Part shown: piece after piece, positions 22,267 to 32,316 of the stretch
Layout: the number at the start of each line of letters is the position of its first letter
Position numbering within the stretch: the stretch's first letter is position 1
Source: an uncultured bacterium
GTDB lineage: Bacteria; Electryoneota; RPQS01
Reading direction: 5' to 3'
Assembly: GCA_963735175.1 (NCBI GenBank)
Contig: CAVTJX010000018.1
Location: 132,872-196,871, forward strand
DNA length: 64,000 nucleotides
Position numbers and translations under genes: made by a program
The notes under the pieces: generated by a model
The model's input: only the letters and a program-made list of their open reading frames with translations
Databases searched by the model: none
Told to the model about the DNA's origin: nothing

Positions 22267-23247
22267 TCACGGTCGGAAACGGTTCGCATCCGCTGCACCC
22301 GGCTCCGCTTGCGCAGCAGGGGAATCAGATGCGCGAGCACGTGCCCGTAGGCCGCCAGCACTGCCGCCGTCCGCTTCGGCTCCCTGCGGAACAGTGACAC
22401 CACCGCGGTAAACGCAGTCCAGCAGGCAGCGCACCGGAAGATATCGCAGCAGGTTTGCCAGGCCGTAGTTTTTAATGACCATGGCCAATCCGTTGCGATG
22501 GTTATAATACATCTTATGAAACCGGTCCGCGGACAGTGCGGCGCCGGCGTGATGATAGACGGTTCCCTCAGGCGCGACTTTGATCTGCCACCCGGTCAGC
22601 CAATACCGCCAGCACAGGTCGAGTTCTTCCATATGCATGAAGAAATCGCCGTCGAGCTGGCCCGCTTCGAGAAATGCCGCGCGTCGCGTAACGAACGCCG
22701 CGCCCGTCGCCCAGAAGATCGGCACACTATCCGGATATTGCCCGTCGTCGCGTTCGATGCTGTCAAAAATCCGGCCCCGCACAAACGGGTAACCATAGCG
22801 GTCGATGTAACCGCCGCTGCCCCCGGAATACTCGAAAAACTCCCGCTTCTGCAGCGCCTTCAACTTCGGCTGGACCGCCGCCAGGCGCGGTTCCCTGATC
22901 AGCATCTCCATCGCCTGATCCAGCCAGCCCGGCTCTACCTCAACATCAAAATTCAACAGAACGACAAACTCACTGGCCACCTGTGGCACGGCGGCGTTAT
23001 ACGCCCGGCTGTAGCCAAGGTTTTCCTGAAAAGCAATGAGTTTGACGCGGGGGTAATGTTCGCGGAGGTATGCCAAACTGCCGTCTGTGGAGTTGTTATC
23101 CACGACGACAATTTCATGCGGCGAGTAGGTTGTTTGCTGGAGAGTTTCGAGACACCGCGGCAGAAATCCTAAACCGTTGTAATTCAGGATCATGACCGAA
23201 ACGGACGGTCGCCGGGCGGTGGAATCCGGTTGAGACATGCAAGTCAA
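22267..23247 (-). CDS. Family 2 glycosyltransferase (C-terminus shifted into the frame of the downstream gene)
   Basis: VMILNYNG and VVDNNSTDGS motifs. The C-terminal ~40 residues appear in the frame of ORF 21846..22403 (REPKRTAAVLAAYGHVL...). Confidence 0.7.
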   Translation of the reverse strand: MTCMSQPDSTARRPSVSVMILNYNGLGFLPRCLETLQQTTYSPHEIVVVDNNSTDGSLAYLREHYPRVKLIAFQENLGYSRAYNAAVPQVASEFVVLLNFDVEVEPGWLDQAMEMLIREPRLAAVQPKLKALQKREFFEYSGGSGGYIDRYGYPFVRGRIFDSIERDDGQYPDSVPIFWATGAAFVTRRAAFLEAGQLDGDFFMHMEELDLCWRYWLTGWQIKVAPEGTVYHHAGAALSADRFHKMYYNHRNGLAMVIKNYGLANLLRYLPVRCLLDCVYRGGVTVPQGAEADGGSAGGLRARARASDSPAAQAEPGAADANRFRP

Positions 23248-23577
23248 AGAAGTTAAACAATCTGCAAGCCATTGTCAAGCGGATTCCTTCACGTCCTCAC
23301 CATCGCCCGCCACGTACCCAACGCAGAATGTCTAAAATCGACTCCGATAGGAAATTTCGTAACTAATTACAGAACTCGAAATTCTGTTTCCACCGCAAAC
23401 AGCAAAAAACTGGGATAAATCCCGTCTTTTCAGACTGTTATTTCCCAGTTCCAACCACTTCGACAGAACCAATTCAGCGAATATATCTAAGTTCGCCAAT
23501 TTTGACGTCTTTCGCAAGGGCCATCCCCGCGAATCGGACATCCCCATCAATGGACTTCTGAATCTATCACTCCAGTA

Positions 23578-24330
23578 TTAGATCCTCTCCACGTCCGCCA
23601 TTGGGATCCATCCTTTCCGCCCGTCGGCCAGTCGAATATTCACCCATCCGGAAAGCTTCTCCCCGGTCTGGACTTTGGTGCCTTCGTGCAGCGAAAAAAG
23701 CTGTGTGGCCGCTGCATCGGGCGCCGAAAAGGCGTCGGTCTTCGTGGCCTGAATCACGCCACAGGGATGAGCTTCAATTCCAGCCCGCCACGCATACCAC
23801 GCTCCAGTTATAATGTAGAGAGCCAGGAAGACTCCCATGCACCCACTTCAAGCCTGAGCGCAACGACAGAACGGCCCCAACCGCCACGCCAGTATGGAAG
23901 CGACCAATAAAAAACCCATTATCTGAAAAAGCCGCACCAGTTCACCCATGCTCAAGAAATCTCGCACGGCGTCGATCCAGTCCCATACGATCAAGCGAAC
24001 AGGGCGCTCGACGCGGTCCACGGTTGCCATCCGGGCCAGGTCCAGATTCGTGTGCATATCGCGGTCGCGCGGCATCAGCTTCACGGCCCGTTCATACATC
24101 AGGACTGAGCGGCCAACCTTGCCTTCACGGTAATACGCATTGCCGAGGTTATAGAGCAATTCGCCGCTGATGATGCCCCGTTCGACGACACTTTCCCAAG
24201 CGCGAATCGCCCCCGCCATGTCTCCGTTCCGATAGCTGTTCAACCCTTCGTCAAACTCCGAGCGCGGATCGGCCCACGCGAGCGTGCCGTAGAGCAACAG
24301 CAGAAATCCAAGTATGCAGTACCGCGTCAT
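23578..24330 (-). CDS. BatE-like protein (TPR - TM - SH3b) with an in-frame TGA at 23848-23850
   Basis: Signal peptide MTRYCILGFLLLLYGTLAWA and TPR repeats, then a TGA, then a same-frame ORF with a TM segment and an SH3-like domain (23578..23838). The ATG overlaps the batD stop (ATGA). Confidence 0.5.
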
Positions 24331-26153
24331 GACGGAACATCCAGTTTCGTGTGCGCCCGGGCAAGCTGGTCGATGACGGTTCGCATTCGTTCCACCAACC
24401 GCCGCGCCGTTTCGGGATCGATCGCGCTCGCGGCGAAGCGGGCACGGTCGCATTCGCTTTGCACTTCCAGCGTTCCTTCTAACAGCGCCGGATTGAGACC
24501 CCGCGTCAGCCAGATTTCGCGCGCTTCCGTGGGACTGATCGTGATGTCGCTGCGATCGGTTCCCGCCATCAAAGCTTCATCCGCCGCCACATTCACATGT
24601 CGCAGCACGAGTTCCACGTTCCGTCCCTTGAGCGCCTTTTCGGCCAGCGCTATCGCGCGGGCCGCGCGCAGAAGAGCGCCGCGCCGTCCCACCAGCCGCT
24701 TACCTTGCCGCTCGCGCTGTCGCAACAGCAGCACAGACGCGCCAAGAATCGCCCACGGCGCCGCCGACAATCCCCAAAAACCCACCTGCTGATGCGGCAA
24801 ACCGCCCAGTGAAACAAAATGGCCAGGCCGGGTTTTGGCAAAGGCAATGTCCGTAGCGATGTTCGCGACACCATGCTTGGTCGCCACCGCCACGCCCGAC
24901 GAGAACGTGCTGCCGCCGTCGCCCTTCTGCACGTTCAGCCGCAGCTCGGCTGTCGCCGCAGTCTGATAGCGCCCGCTCTGGGGATTGAAAAACGCGAAGA
25001 CAATCGGCGGAATCACCTGCATACCCGGCGCGCGTGGAATCAACACATACTTCAAGGTTTTCGACCCGGAAATCTGGGCTTGGTTGCGGCGAATATCGTC
25101 CGTTACCTCCGGGTCAAAACGTTCCACGTCCGATGGCACGGAAATTTCCGGCGGCGGCAGCGTCTTGATATTGCCGGTGCCGTCGATCCTGACCGTTAGC
25201 GTGACGGCCTGATCCGCTTTGACATTCAGTGAATCCAGCGTGGCGCTGATTTTATACGATCCCACCGCGCCCTTGAATTGCGGCGGCGCGTCCGATGACG
25301 GCAACGGCCGAATGCGTAGTTTCACGGCAGGCGACGAGACTTCCACGTCTTCCATTTGCCGCCCCATCGAAAAGAACGGATCGTTGAAGATATCCATGGG
25401 ATCGCGAGATTGCCGCCGGCTCATGCGTTCCACTTTGGTGTTGAGAACGAGGGGCTCGACGTCAAGATCCCCCGCTGTGGTGGCGAACAGCGCCGATTTC
25501 CGAATAACCGCCGTCCGGTAACGGCGGCCGTTGACGACTTCATCTGAAAGTGCGAGTTGCTGCGGCATCGGGATGTCTTCCACCCAGAAACCGCTGGCGC
25601 TGGGCAACCGCACAAATTCGGGATTGGTAATCTGCGCCGCGAAATACAGCTTGTACGTGAGCGTGATTTGCTCGCCAAGGGAAGCGTCGCTTTTGTCGGG
25701 AATGACCTTCAGAAAGACGTCCTGCCCGCCGCTACCCGCTACCTTGCCGGACGCGCTTTTACTTCCGGCGCCGCCGGCGAGAATGTTGACTTTGATCGGC
25801 TGCGAATGGTATTCCTTGCCGTGGACCTTGACGATGGATTCGCCAATCGTACCCGAGCCCGGCTCTCGCGCCCGCAATAAATAGCTGAAGGACGCCGAAG
25901 ACGCCACGCGACCATTCACCACCGAGATACTCGTGTTGCTGAACGGCCCACCGGCGAGATCCAGTTTCTCCAAAGCTGGAAGCGTCGGCGTCGGCACATT
26001 GGACGCACCGCCCGAAAAGGTCAGCGTCAGCGTAACCGATTCGCCGACCCGTACCGTGTTCTGATCGACAGTGGCGACGAATTTCTCCTGCGCCAGCAAG
26101 GGCAGGTAAAGGGTTGCTAAGAGAATGAGGCTGAAGAGGGCTCGCTTCACCAA
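24327..26153 (-). CDS. BatD-like oxygen-tolerance protein
   Basis: 608 aa with a signal peptide and C-terminal TM segments. It sits between BatC and BatE with overlapping stop and start codons. Confidence 0.7.
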   Translation of the reverse strand: MVKRALFSLILLATLYLPLLAQEKFVATVDQNTVRVGESVTLTLTFSGGASNVPTPTLPALEKLDLAGGPFSNTSISVVNGRVASSASFSYLLRAREPGSGTIGESIVKVHGKEYHSQPIKVNILAGGAGSKSASGKVAGSGGQDVFLKVIPDKSDASLGEQITLTYKLYFAAQITNPEFVRLPSASGFWVEDIPMPQQLALSDEVVNGRRYRTAVIRKSALFATTAGDLDVEPLVLNTKVERMSRRQSRDPMDIFNDPFFSMGRQMEDVEVSSPAVKLRIRPLPSSDAPPQFKGAVGSYKISATLDSLNVKADQAVTLTVRIDGTGNIKTLPPPEISVPSDVERFDPEVTDDIRRNQAQISGSKTLKYVLIPRAPGMQVIPPIVFAFFNPQSGRYQTAATAELRLNVQKGDGGSTFSSGVAVATKHGVANIATDIAFAKTRPGHFVSLGGLPHQQVGFWGLSAAPWAILGASVLLLRQRERQGKRLVGRRGALLRAARAIALAEKALKGRNVELVLRHVNVAADEALMAGTDRSDITISPTEAREIWLTRGLNPALLEGTLEVQSECDRARFAASAIDPETARRLVERMRTVIDQLARAHTKLDVPS

Positions 26154-26872
26154 TCCTTCTCCCGCTTGGCGCGCGTCACTACCTTAACCTTCTTCGCGTC
26201 GCGCAGCGCATCCTGTTCGTCCTGTAACAACGAGTTCAACAGCCGTTCGGCGTCCTCCTTCGACATCTGCTGGCCGGCCATTGGCTGTTGCTGATCCTGA
26301 TTCTGTTGATCCTGCTGTGCCTGCTGCTCTTCCTGTTGCTGTTCGTCCTGCTGTTGCTGATCCTGCTGGTCCTGCTGTTGCTGCTGATCCTCTTTCTGAT
26401 TGTCCTTTTTCTGGTCGTCCTTTTTCTGATCCTGCTGCTGTTGTTGTTGCTGCTTCAGCATGCGCCGGGTCAATTCGAGGTTATAGCGCGCGTCTTCGTC
26501 CTGTGGATTGCGCTTGAGAGACTTGAGATACGCTTCCAGTGCCTGGTCGTATTTTTTTCCTTCGAAAAGGCTGTTTCCCAAATTGTAAAACGTCTGTCCC
26601 TGTACGGCGGGCGGATCCTTGGGGTCATATGAGCCCATGTACGTCTTGGAGGCGTTGTCGTAATCGCCGCCGGAATAGAGCAGGTTGCCGAGATCGTAGA
26701 GCACGACTGAACTGTCGCCCTTTTGTTCGAGCGCTTTCTTGTAATGCACCATCGCGGCGTCACCCTGCCCCTGCAGAGCGGCCCGGTTACCCGCCTTCAC
26801 CTGCACCCGCGGCGAGGCAGCGGCCAGCGTCACCAGCGCGAACATGGCGATGCCTATCCACCCCACTTTCAT
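26147..26872 (-). CDS. BatC-like TPR protein with a Q/D/E-rich low-complexity tract
   Basis: Signal peptide, TPR repeats, then KQQQQQQQDQKKDDQKK...QQQDEQQQEEQQAQQDQQNQDQQQ. Confidence 0.7.
   Translation of the reverse strand: MKVGWIGIAMFALVTLAAASPRVQVKAGNRAALQGQGDAAMVHYKKALEQKGDSSVVLYDLGNLLYSGGDYDNASKTYMGSYDPKDPPAVQGQTFYNLGNSLFEGKKYDQALEAYLKSLKRNPQDEDARYNLELTRRMLKQQQQQQQDQKKDDQKKDNQKEDQQQQQDQQDQQQQDEQQQEEQQAQQDQQNQDQQQPMAGQQMSKEDAERLLNSLLQDEQDALRDAKKVKVVTRAKREKDW
26281..26460. repeat. CTG/CTT-rich simple-sequence tract encoding the poly-Q/D region of BatC
   Basis: About 180 nt of ctgctg/ctgttg/ctgatc units are visible directly in the sequence. Confidence 0.6.
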
Positions 26873-27933
26873 GGCGTATCCTTCTCCTTGATGGGCTTTA
26901 CGAGTTTACGCAGAGAAAGCGGCAGCGCCGGTTTGCCCCGCCGCTCCGAAAGGAAAAATTCCGCAAGTAGCAGCAGCAAGGCCGGCAGCACCAGATACTG
27001 GAAGCGGTTTTCGAAGGAGGCAAACTGCTTCTTGCCGAACTCGCTTTTCTCCATTTCCGCAATGTCCGACCAGATCGCGTCCAGTTCCTGACCGCTCTGC
27101 GTCCCGCGGAGATAGCGGCCCTCACCGGCATCGGCAACGCGCTGGAGGAGCACGTCATTCAAATGCGAGACCACAATCGCTCCGGAGGGATCGCGTTTGA
27201 AACCCGCGTCGTTGCCCTTGGCGTCGCGCACGGGTATCGGCGCCCCCTTGGGAGTGCCGAGACCGATGGTGTAGACGCGAATCCCCTCTTTGGCGGCTTC
27301 CTCCGCGGTTTCCACGGCTTGTTGTTCGTGGTCTTCGCCATCGGTAATGATGATCAACACGCGGCTCTTCACCTCGGGCGTGTTGAACGCCTTTTGGGCG
27401 ACACGGATGGCGTCGGAGAGCGCTGTTCCCTGCTCAGGCACGAGGTCCGGCTGCAGTACGCGCACCAGCAACTTCACCGCGCCGTAATCGTTCGTTAGCG
27501 GGCAGTGGATAAAAGCCGTCCCGGCAAAGGCGACAATCCCCACGCGGTCGCCCTTGAGGCCGCTGACGAACTTCAGGATTTCCTGCTTGGCGTTTTCGAG
27601 GCGCGACGGCGTCAGATCCTGAGCCATCATGCTGCTCGAGAGGTCGATCGCCAGCACCACGTCGATGCCTTCGCGTTTGACTTCCTCAAGCCGCGTGCCT
27701 ACCTGCGGGCCCGCCGCGCCCACAATCACCAGCGTCCACGCTACAACCCAGAGCAGCGCCTTCACTCGCAGCCGCGTGGGACTGAACGAGCGGGCGACAC
27801 GCTCCAGTAGCTTATTGCTGATAAACCGTTCGGCCGCTTTCCGTCGCCGGCGGAGGGCATACCACAGCACTCCAATCCACACCGGCATCAACAGCAGCAG
27901 CCACAGTAGATAAGGATGCTCGAAGCGGATCAC
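26869..27933 (-). CDS. BatB-like von Willebrand factor A domain membrane protein
   Basis: VWA MIDAS motif DLSSSM. The start is a GTG overlapping the batA stop (GTGA), and the N-terminus VIRFEHPYLLWLLLL is typical of BatB. Confidence 0.75.
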   Translation of the reverse strand: MIRFEHPYLLWLLLLMPVWIGVLWYALRRRRKAAERFISNKLLERVARSFSPTRLRVKALLWVVAWTLVIVGAAGPQVGTRLEEVKREGIDVVLAIDLSSSMMAQDLTPSRLENAKQEILKFVSGLKGDRVGIVAFAGTAFIHCPLTNDYGAVKLLVRVLQPDLVPEQGTALSDAIRVAQKAFNTPEVKSRVLIIITDGEDHEQQAVETAEEAAKEGIRVYTIGLGTPKGAPIPVRDAKGNDAGFKRDPSGAIVVSHLNDVLLQRVADAGEGRYLRGTQSGQELDAIWSDIAEMEKSEFGKKQFASFENRFQYLVLPALLLLLAEFFLSERRGKPALPLSLRKLVKPIKEKDTP

Positions 27934-28913
27934 GGCGTCTTCCTGAAAACACTGATGGATAACAATAATTCGAGCGACAGCACGAAGAGCGCCGCCCACA
28001 GCCACGGTGGGTACATCTCGGCGACGTGCCGGTACTCTTCCACGTTGACGCGGGTCCGTTCCAGTTTGTCGATTTCGCGATAGATGTCGCGGAGACTTCC
28101 GTTATCGGTCGCGCGGTAGTAGCGGCCGCCGGTGAGCTTGGCCATTTCCTTCAGCATGTCCTCGTCGATGTTTACGGGCACATTCTGGTAGCGCTTGCCG
28201 AAGGGCGTCTCCACCGGGTAGGGAGCCATGCCGCGTGTGCCGACGCCCACGGTATAGACCCGAATCCCCAAGGCCTGCGCCGCATGCGCCGCCGTTACCG
28301 GGTCCAATTCACCGCGGTTGTTCTGGCCGTCCGTGAGTAAGATCACGACTTTGCTTTTGGCTTCGGACTCGCGTAGGCGGTTGATCGACGTCGCCAGCGC
28401 CATCCCGATGGCCGTTCCGTCTTCGATCATCCCCAACCGCAGGTCGCCGAGCAGGCTGATGACGATATCGTAGTCCGTCGTCAAAGGACTTTGCGTGAAG
28501 CTCTCGGCCGCGAAGGGAACAATGCCAATTCGGTCCGAAATGCGGCCCTTCACGAATTCCACCGCGACATTTTTCGCGGCGTCTATCCGGTTTGGTTTCA
28601 AATCCTCGGCCGCCATAGAACCTGACGTGTCGAGGCAAAGGATAATGTCGATGCCTTCGACGTTACGCTTCGTCTCCTGGTCGAAGGCCTGCGGCCGCGC
28701 CAGCGCCACCACCAGCAGGGAGACGCCGATCACCCGCAGGGCAAACGGCAGGTGTCGCAGCCAGATGCGTGGCGAGCGTCCCGCGCCCTGCAAATGGACA
28801 AGGGTCGGAAACCGGAAATCACTTTGCCGTTGGTTCTCGCGCCAGAAATGCAGGTAGGCCATTACAGGCAGCGCAAGCAACAGCCAGAACATGTGCGGGT
28901 GGGCGAAGTTCAT
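27930..28913 (-). CDS. BatA-like von Willebrand factor A domain membrane protein
   Basis: 327 aa with N-terminus MNFAHPHMFWLLLALP and VWA motif DTSGSM. Confidence 0.8.
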   Translation of the reverse strand: MNFAHPHMFWLLLALPVMAYLHFWRENQRQSDFRFPTLVHLQGAGRSPRIWLRHLPFALRVIGVSLLVVALARPQAFDQETKRNVEGIDIILCLDTSGSMAAEDLKPNRIDAAKNVAVEFVKGRISDRIGIVPFAAESFTQSPLTTDYDIVISLLGDLRLGMIEDGTAIGMALATSINRLRESEAKSKVVILLTDGQNNRGELDPVTAAHAAQALGIRVYTVGVGTRGMAPYPVETPFGKRYQNVPVNIDEDMLKEMAKLTGGRYYRATDNGSLRDIYREIDKLERTRVNVEEYRHVAEMYPPWLWAALFVLSLELLLSISVFRKTP

Positions 28914-29506
28914 GCGGCCTTTTCCTCCGCCGCCTGCGCCTCCGGCAGCAGCCGGGGCTTCGTCAGTTCCACGATCTCAAAACCAAGCTCGAGCACCGCC
29001 TCGCACGTCCGATAGTCCGGAACGAACTTGGCAAATTTGACAAGATCCGCTTCTCGCAGCGCGGGCAACAGCCGTCCGCGCAAAACCTGAGGGTAGCGGC
29101 CGTCTTCAAATTCATATTCGAGATCGAAGGTCGTCATTTCCAGCGCCGGGAACTCATAGCGGCGCTCGATGTACCGGCGCAGCACCTGCGAGTATTCGCT
29201 GAAGAACTCCTTCAGCATCCCCCGCTCCGGATACTTCTGGTCGCGCAGAAGGATCAGATTGCGCACGGCTTCTTCATGCGGCGGCAACAGGTTTTCAACG
29301 AAGGCGGCCTGCTGCGGCTTTTTATTGAAGAACCGCTGCCAGATCCAGATGACCAGCGCTACCAGCGCCAGCACGACCACGATCCATCGGTAGTCCCACA
29401 AGTCGCGCCAGCGGAAAGGGTGTTCACGGTAGGGCTTGATCGGCTTCGGAGCCTGCGCCGTGTCCGGCACCACAGAGTGGATCGACCACCGAGACCGGAG
29501 GCACAC
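28910..29506 (-). CDS. DUF4381-like single-TM protein of the Bat/MoxR operon
   Basis: 198 aa with one TM helix (WIVVVLALVALVIWIW). It sits between DUF58 and batA with an ATGA overlap. Confidence 0.5.
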   Translation of the reverse strand: MCLRSRWSIHSVVPDTAQAPKPIKPYREHPFRWRDLWDYRWIVVVLALVALVIWIWQRFFNKKPQQAAFVENLLPPHEEAVRNLILLRDQKYPERGMLKEFFSEYSQVLRRYIERRYEFPALEMTTFDLEYEFEDGRYPQVLRGRLLPALREADLVKFAKFVPDYRTCEAVLELGFEIVELTKPRLLPEAQAAEEKAA

Positions 29507-29817
29507 TCACGGTTTCCGTACCGATCTGCAATGTCAGATCGGAAAGCGCGAATTGCCCCGTGTCCGTTGCCATGATCGTGTACTTCAACACGCCGCGGCG
29601 GCTCTGCGACGTATCCTCCGTCACCACCTCGAACGATCTCAGGCAGTCCGGTCAGCCGTAGGGGCAGAGTACCCGCTCCGCGTGACGTGCAATTCGAGCG
29701 CCAGCGGATCTCCAATGCGCGCCTGCCCGGGCGTGAGCTGTGCCGTCACGTCTCGCGGCATTCGCCGGAGAGAACGTAAAAACGGCGAGCAGCAAGCTGA
29801 GGATCAGTACTCTCATC

Positions 29818-30695
29818 TTACCGTCGCCGCTCCCGTTCCTTGAAAAAGCGCACCAGTGGCCGGATGTAATCCTTGTCGGTGGACAGCGGCAGGTAATCGA
29901 CGCCCGATCGCTGGCACCCACTCTTCACCGCCGCCTGCCACGCATCGAAAACTTGTATCCAGTTGCCGCCGTACTCGCTTGGCCGACGTATCCACCCACA
30001 GCGGCGAACCACTCTCGGCGTCGTGCACACGCACCAGTCCGACGTCGGGCAAAGTGTACTCGCGCGGATCGATGACGTGCACCGCCGTCAGATCGTGCCG
30101 CCGGCCCACGATGCGCATCGCGCGCTCGTAGCCCTGATCAATGAAGTCCGAAAGCAGAAAGACAATCGCCCGCTTCTTGACGACGGAGTTCATGTACTCC
30201 AGCGCCTGCTTGATGTCCGTGCCGCTGCGCTGCGGCTCAAAGGTCATGCAGTTCGCGCAGAATCCGCAAAATGTGACTCTTGCCCTTGCGCGGCGCGATG
30301 TATTTCTCGATCCGGTCCGTGAACAGCAGCAACCCGACCTTGTCGTTGTTGCGGATCGCCGAGAAGGCCAGCACCGCCGCCAGCTCGGTCGCCAGCTCCA
30401 CCTTCATGCTCTGGCCCGAACCGAATTGCGAGGAGCTGGAGACGTCGCAGAGCAGCATCACCAGCAGCTCGCGCTCTTCCTCGAACAGCTTGATGTAGGG
30501 ATGGCCCATGCGCGCCGAGACGTTCCAGTCGATGGCGCGCACGTCATCGCCGAGCTGGTACTCGCGGACCTCGGCGAAGTTCATGCCCCGGCCCTTGAAC
30601 ACGGCATGATACTCCCCCGACAGGACCTCGTTGACCACGCCGCGGGTTTTGATCTCGATCTGCCGGACCTTCTTCAGAATTTCTCGGGTTTCCAA
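29818..30695 (-). CDS. DUF58 protein (partner of MoxR/VWA proteins), broken across three frames
   Basis: TTG start 4 nt after the moxR stop. DUF58 motifs [21 protein letters not shown] and a conserved C-terminus appear in ORFs 30237..31271, 29813..30247 and 29818..30030. Confidence 0.7.
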
Positions 30696-30703
30696 GGCAG
30701 ATC

Positions 30704-31695
30704 TCAGGGTACTTCGATGGTGTTGAAGATCTTGTTGACGACGTCTTCCGAACCCACTTCCTCGGCCTCGGCTTCGTAGCTCACGGTCACCCGGTGGCGC
30801 AGGACGTCGAGCCCCACGGCGCGGATATCCTCGGGTACCACGTAGCCGCGGCGGCGCAGGAACGCGTGCGCGCGGGCCGCCTTCAACAGGTAAATCGAAG
30901 CGCGCGGCGAGGCGCCGTAGAGGATCAGCGGCTTCAGATCGCCCAGCTTGTGCGCCTTCGGCGGTGCGGGTGGCAAAGACGATATCGAGCACGTACGATT
31001 CGATCTTGGGATCGACGTAGATGCTCTCCACCAGCTTGCGGATCCGCATGATTTCTTCGGGCGTGACCACGGCGTGCACGTCAGGCGTGTCCGACTGCGA
31101 ATAGGCGCGCATGATCTTGATCTCGTCGTCGCGACGCGGATAGTCGATCTTGATCTTCAGCATGAAGCGGTCGACCTGCGCCTCGGGCAGCGGATAGGTC
31201 CCTTCCTGCTCGATCGGGATTCTGCGTCGCCAGCACCAGAAATGGCTCGGGCAGCGGATAGGTCGTGTCACCGATGGTGACCTGCCGCTCCTGCATCGCC
31301 TCGAGCAGTGCCGACTGCACCTTGGCCGGTGCGCGGTTGATCTCGTCCGCCAGCACGAAATTGGCGAAGATCGGTCCCTTGCGCGTCGTGAACACCCCGT
31401 CCTTCTGATTGTAGATCAGCGTGCCGATCAGATCCGCCGGCAACAGGTCGGGAGTAAATTGAATGCGCTGAAATTTGGCCTGCATCGTCGCGGCCAGCGT
31501 CTTGACCGCCAGCGTCTTGGCCAGTCCGGGAACGCCTTCCAAGAGGACATGGCCGCCGGCGAACAGCCCGATCAGCAGGCGATCCATCATGTAGCGTTGA
31601 CCGTAAAGAACCTTGCCGGCTTCCGCGATAATCCGCTCGGCAAGTTCCGATTCGCGTTCGATCCGCAGGGTAATCTCTCGAATGTCCTGATCCAT
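30704..31695 (-). CDS. moxR: MoxR-family AAA+ ATPase, broken across three frames
   Basis: Walker A GVPGLAKT and sensor region [45 protein letters not shown], then [19 protein letters not shown] in a second frame with one extra G, then the C-terminal lid [21 protein letters not shown]... in a third frame. Confidence 0.8.
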
Positions 31696-31841
31696 GCGCC
31701 TCCGCTATGTGCTTCTTCCAATCCTGTATCTGCATCAGACTCGATCGGTAAACACCGGAATCCCATGCAAAGTTCCGACTTCCAAAAAATAGATCCCCGG
31801 TCGGGGATCTATGGAAATTCGTGAAAAATCGGCGACAGAAA

Positions 31842-32274
31842 TTAACCCGCTGTGTCCACTTTCGCGCCCGTTGAATCGCGACTAAGGATGCGATTCAATT
31901 CTTCGATCTCGTTGACATCCTTACCCAGGTGATCCAGTTCCCACTGAGCATCTTTAACCAGTTCGTGTTCGGGATAATCCCGAATGAATGTCTGGTAGGC
32001 TGCCTTGGCTTGATCTTTATTTTTCAAATGGTTGGCATAAAGGTAGCCGACCATGAACTGGCACTGAGGCGCTTGCGGAGACTTCAGGATACAGCTTGAC
32101 GATTTCCTGATACGCATCGATGGCTGCAGGGAAGTTGCTTTCTTCTTGCGCCTTCTTGGCTTTTTCAAATAGTTCCTCCTGTGTTGGTCCCTTTTTACAG
32201 GCGGAAAGGGCGACAATCAGGCCCAGGGCCAATACGGCGAAGGTTCTGCCTCTCAGCATTTCGGAATCCCTCAA
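31842..32274 (-). CDS. TPR-like lipoprotein (YbgF/tol-pal-type motif), frame-disrupted
   Basis: Lipobox LALGLIVALSAC. The TPR-like segment continues in a second frame (31842..32216). Confidence 0.45.
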
Positions 32275-32316
32275 GTGGTTACGCGGACAAGAATTCGCCC
32301 TAATATATAGTTGAAA

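Noticed and set aside
23332-23550. 72-aa minus-strand ORF in the AT-rich spacer
   Set aside because: No start context or domain, and its composition is unlike genuine genes here. The region is better read as a regulatory or ncRNA spacer.
29800-31700. moxR and DUF58 as genuine pseudogenes (operon decay)
   Set aside because: The same single-nt-insertion pattern hits essential genes such as purE, glyA, nuoL and ribBA throughout the window. Sequence error is the more parsimonious explanation.
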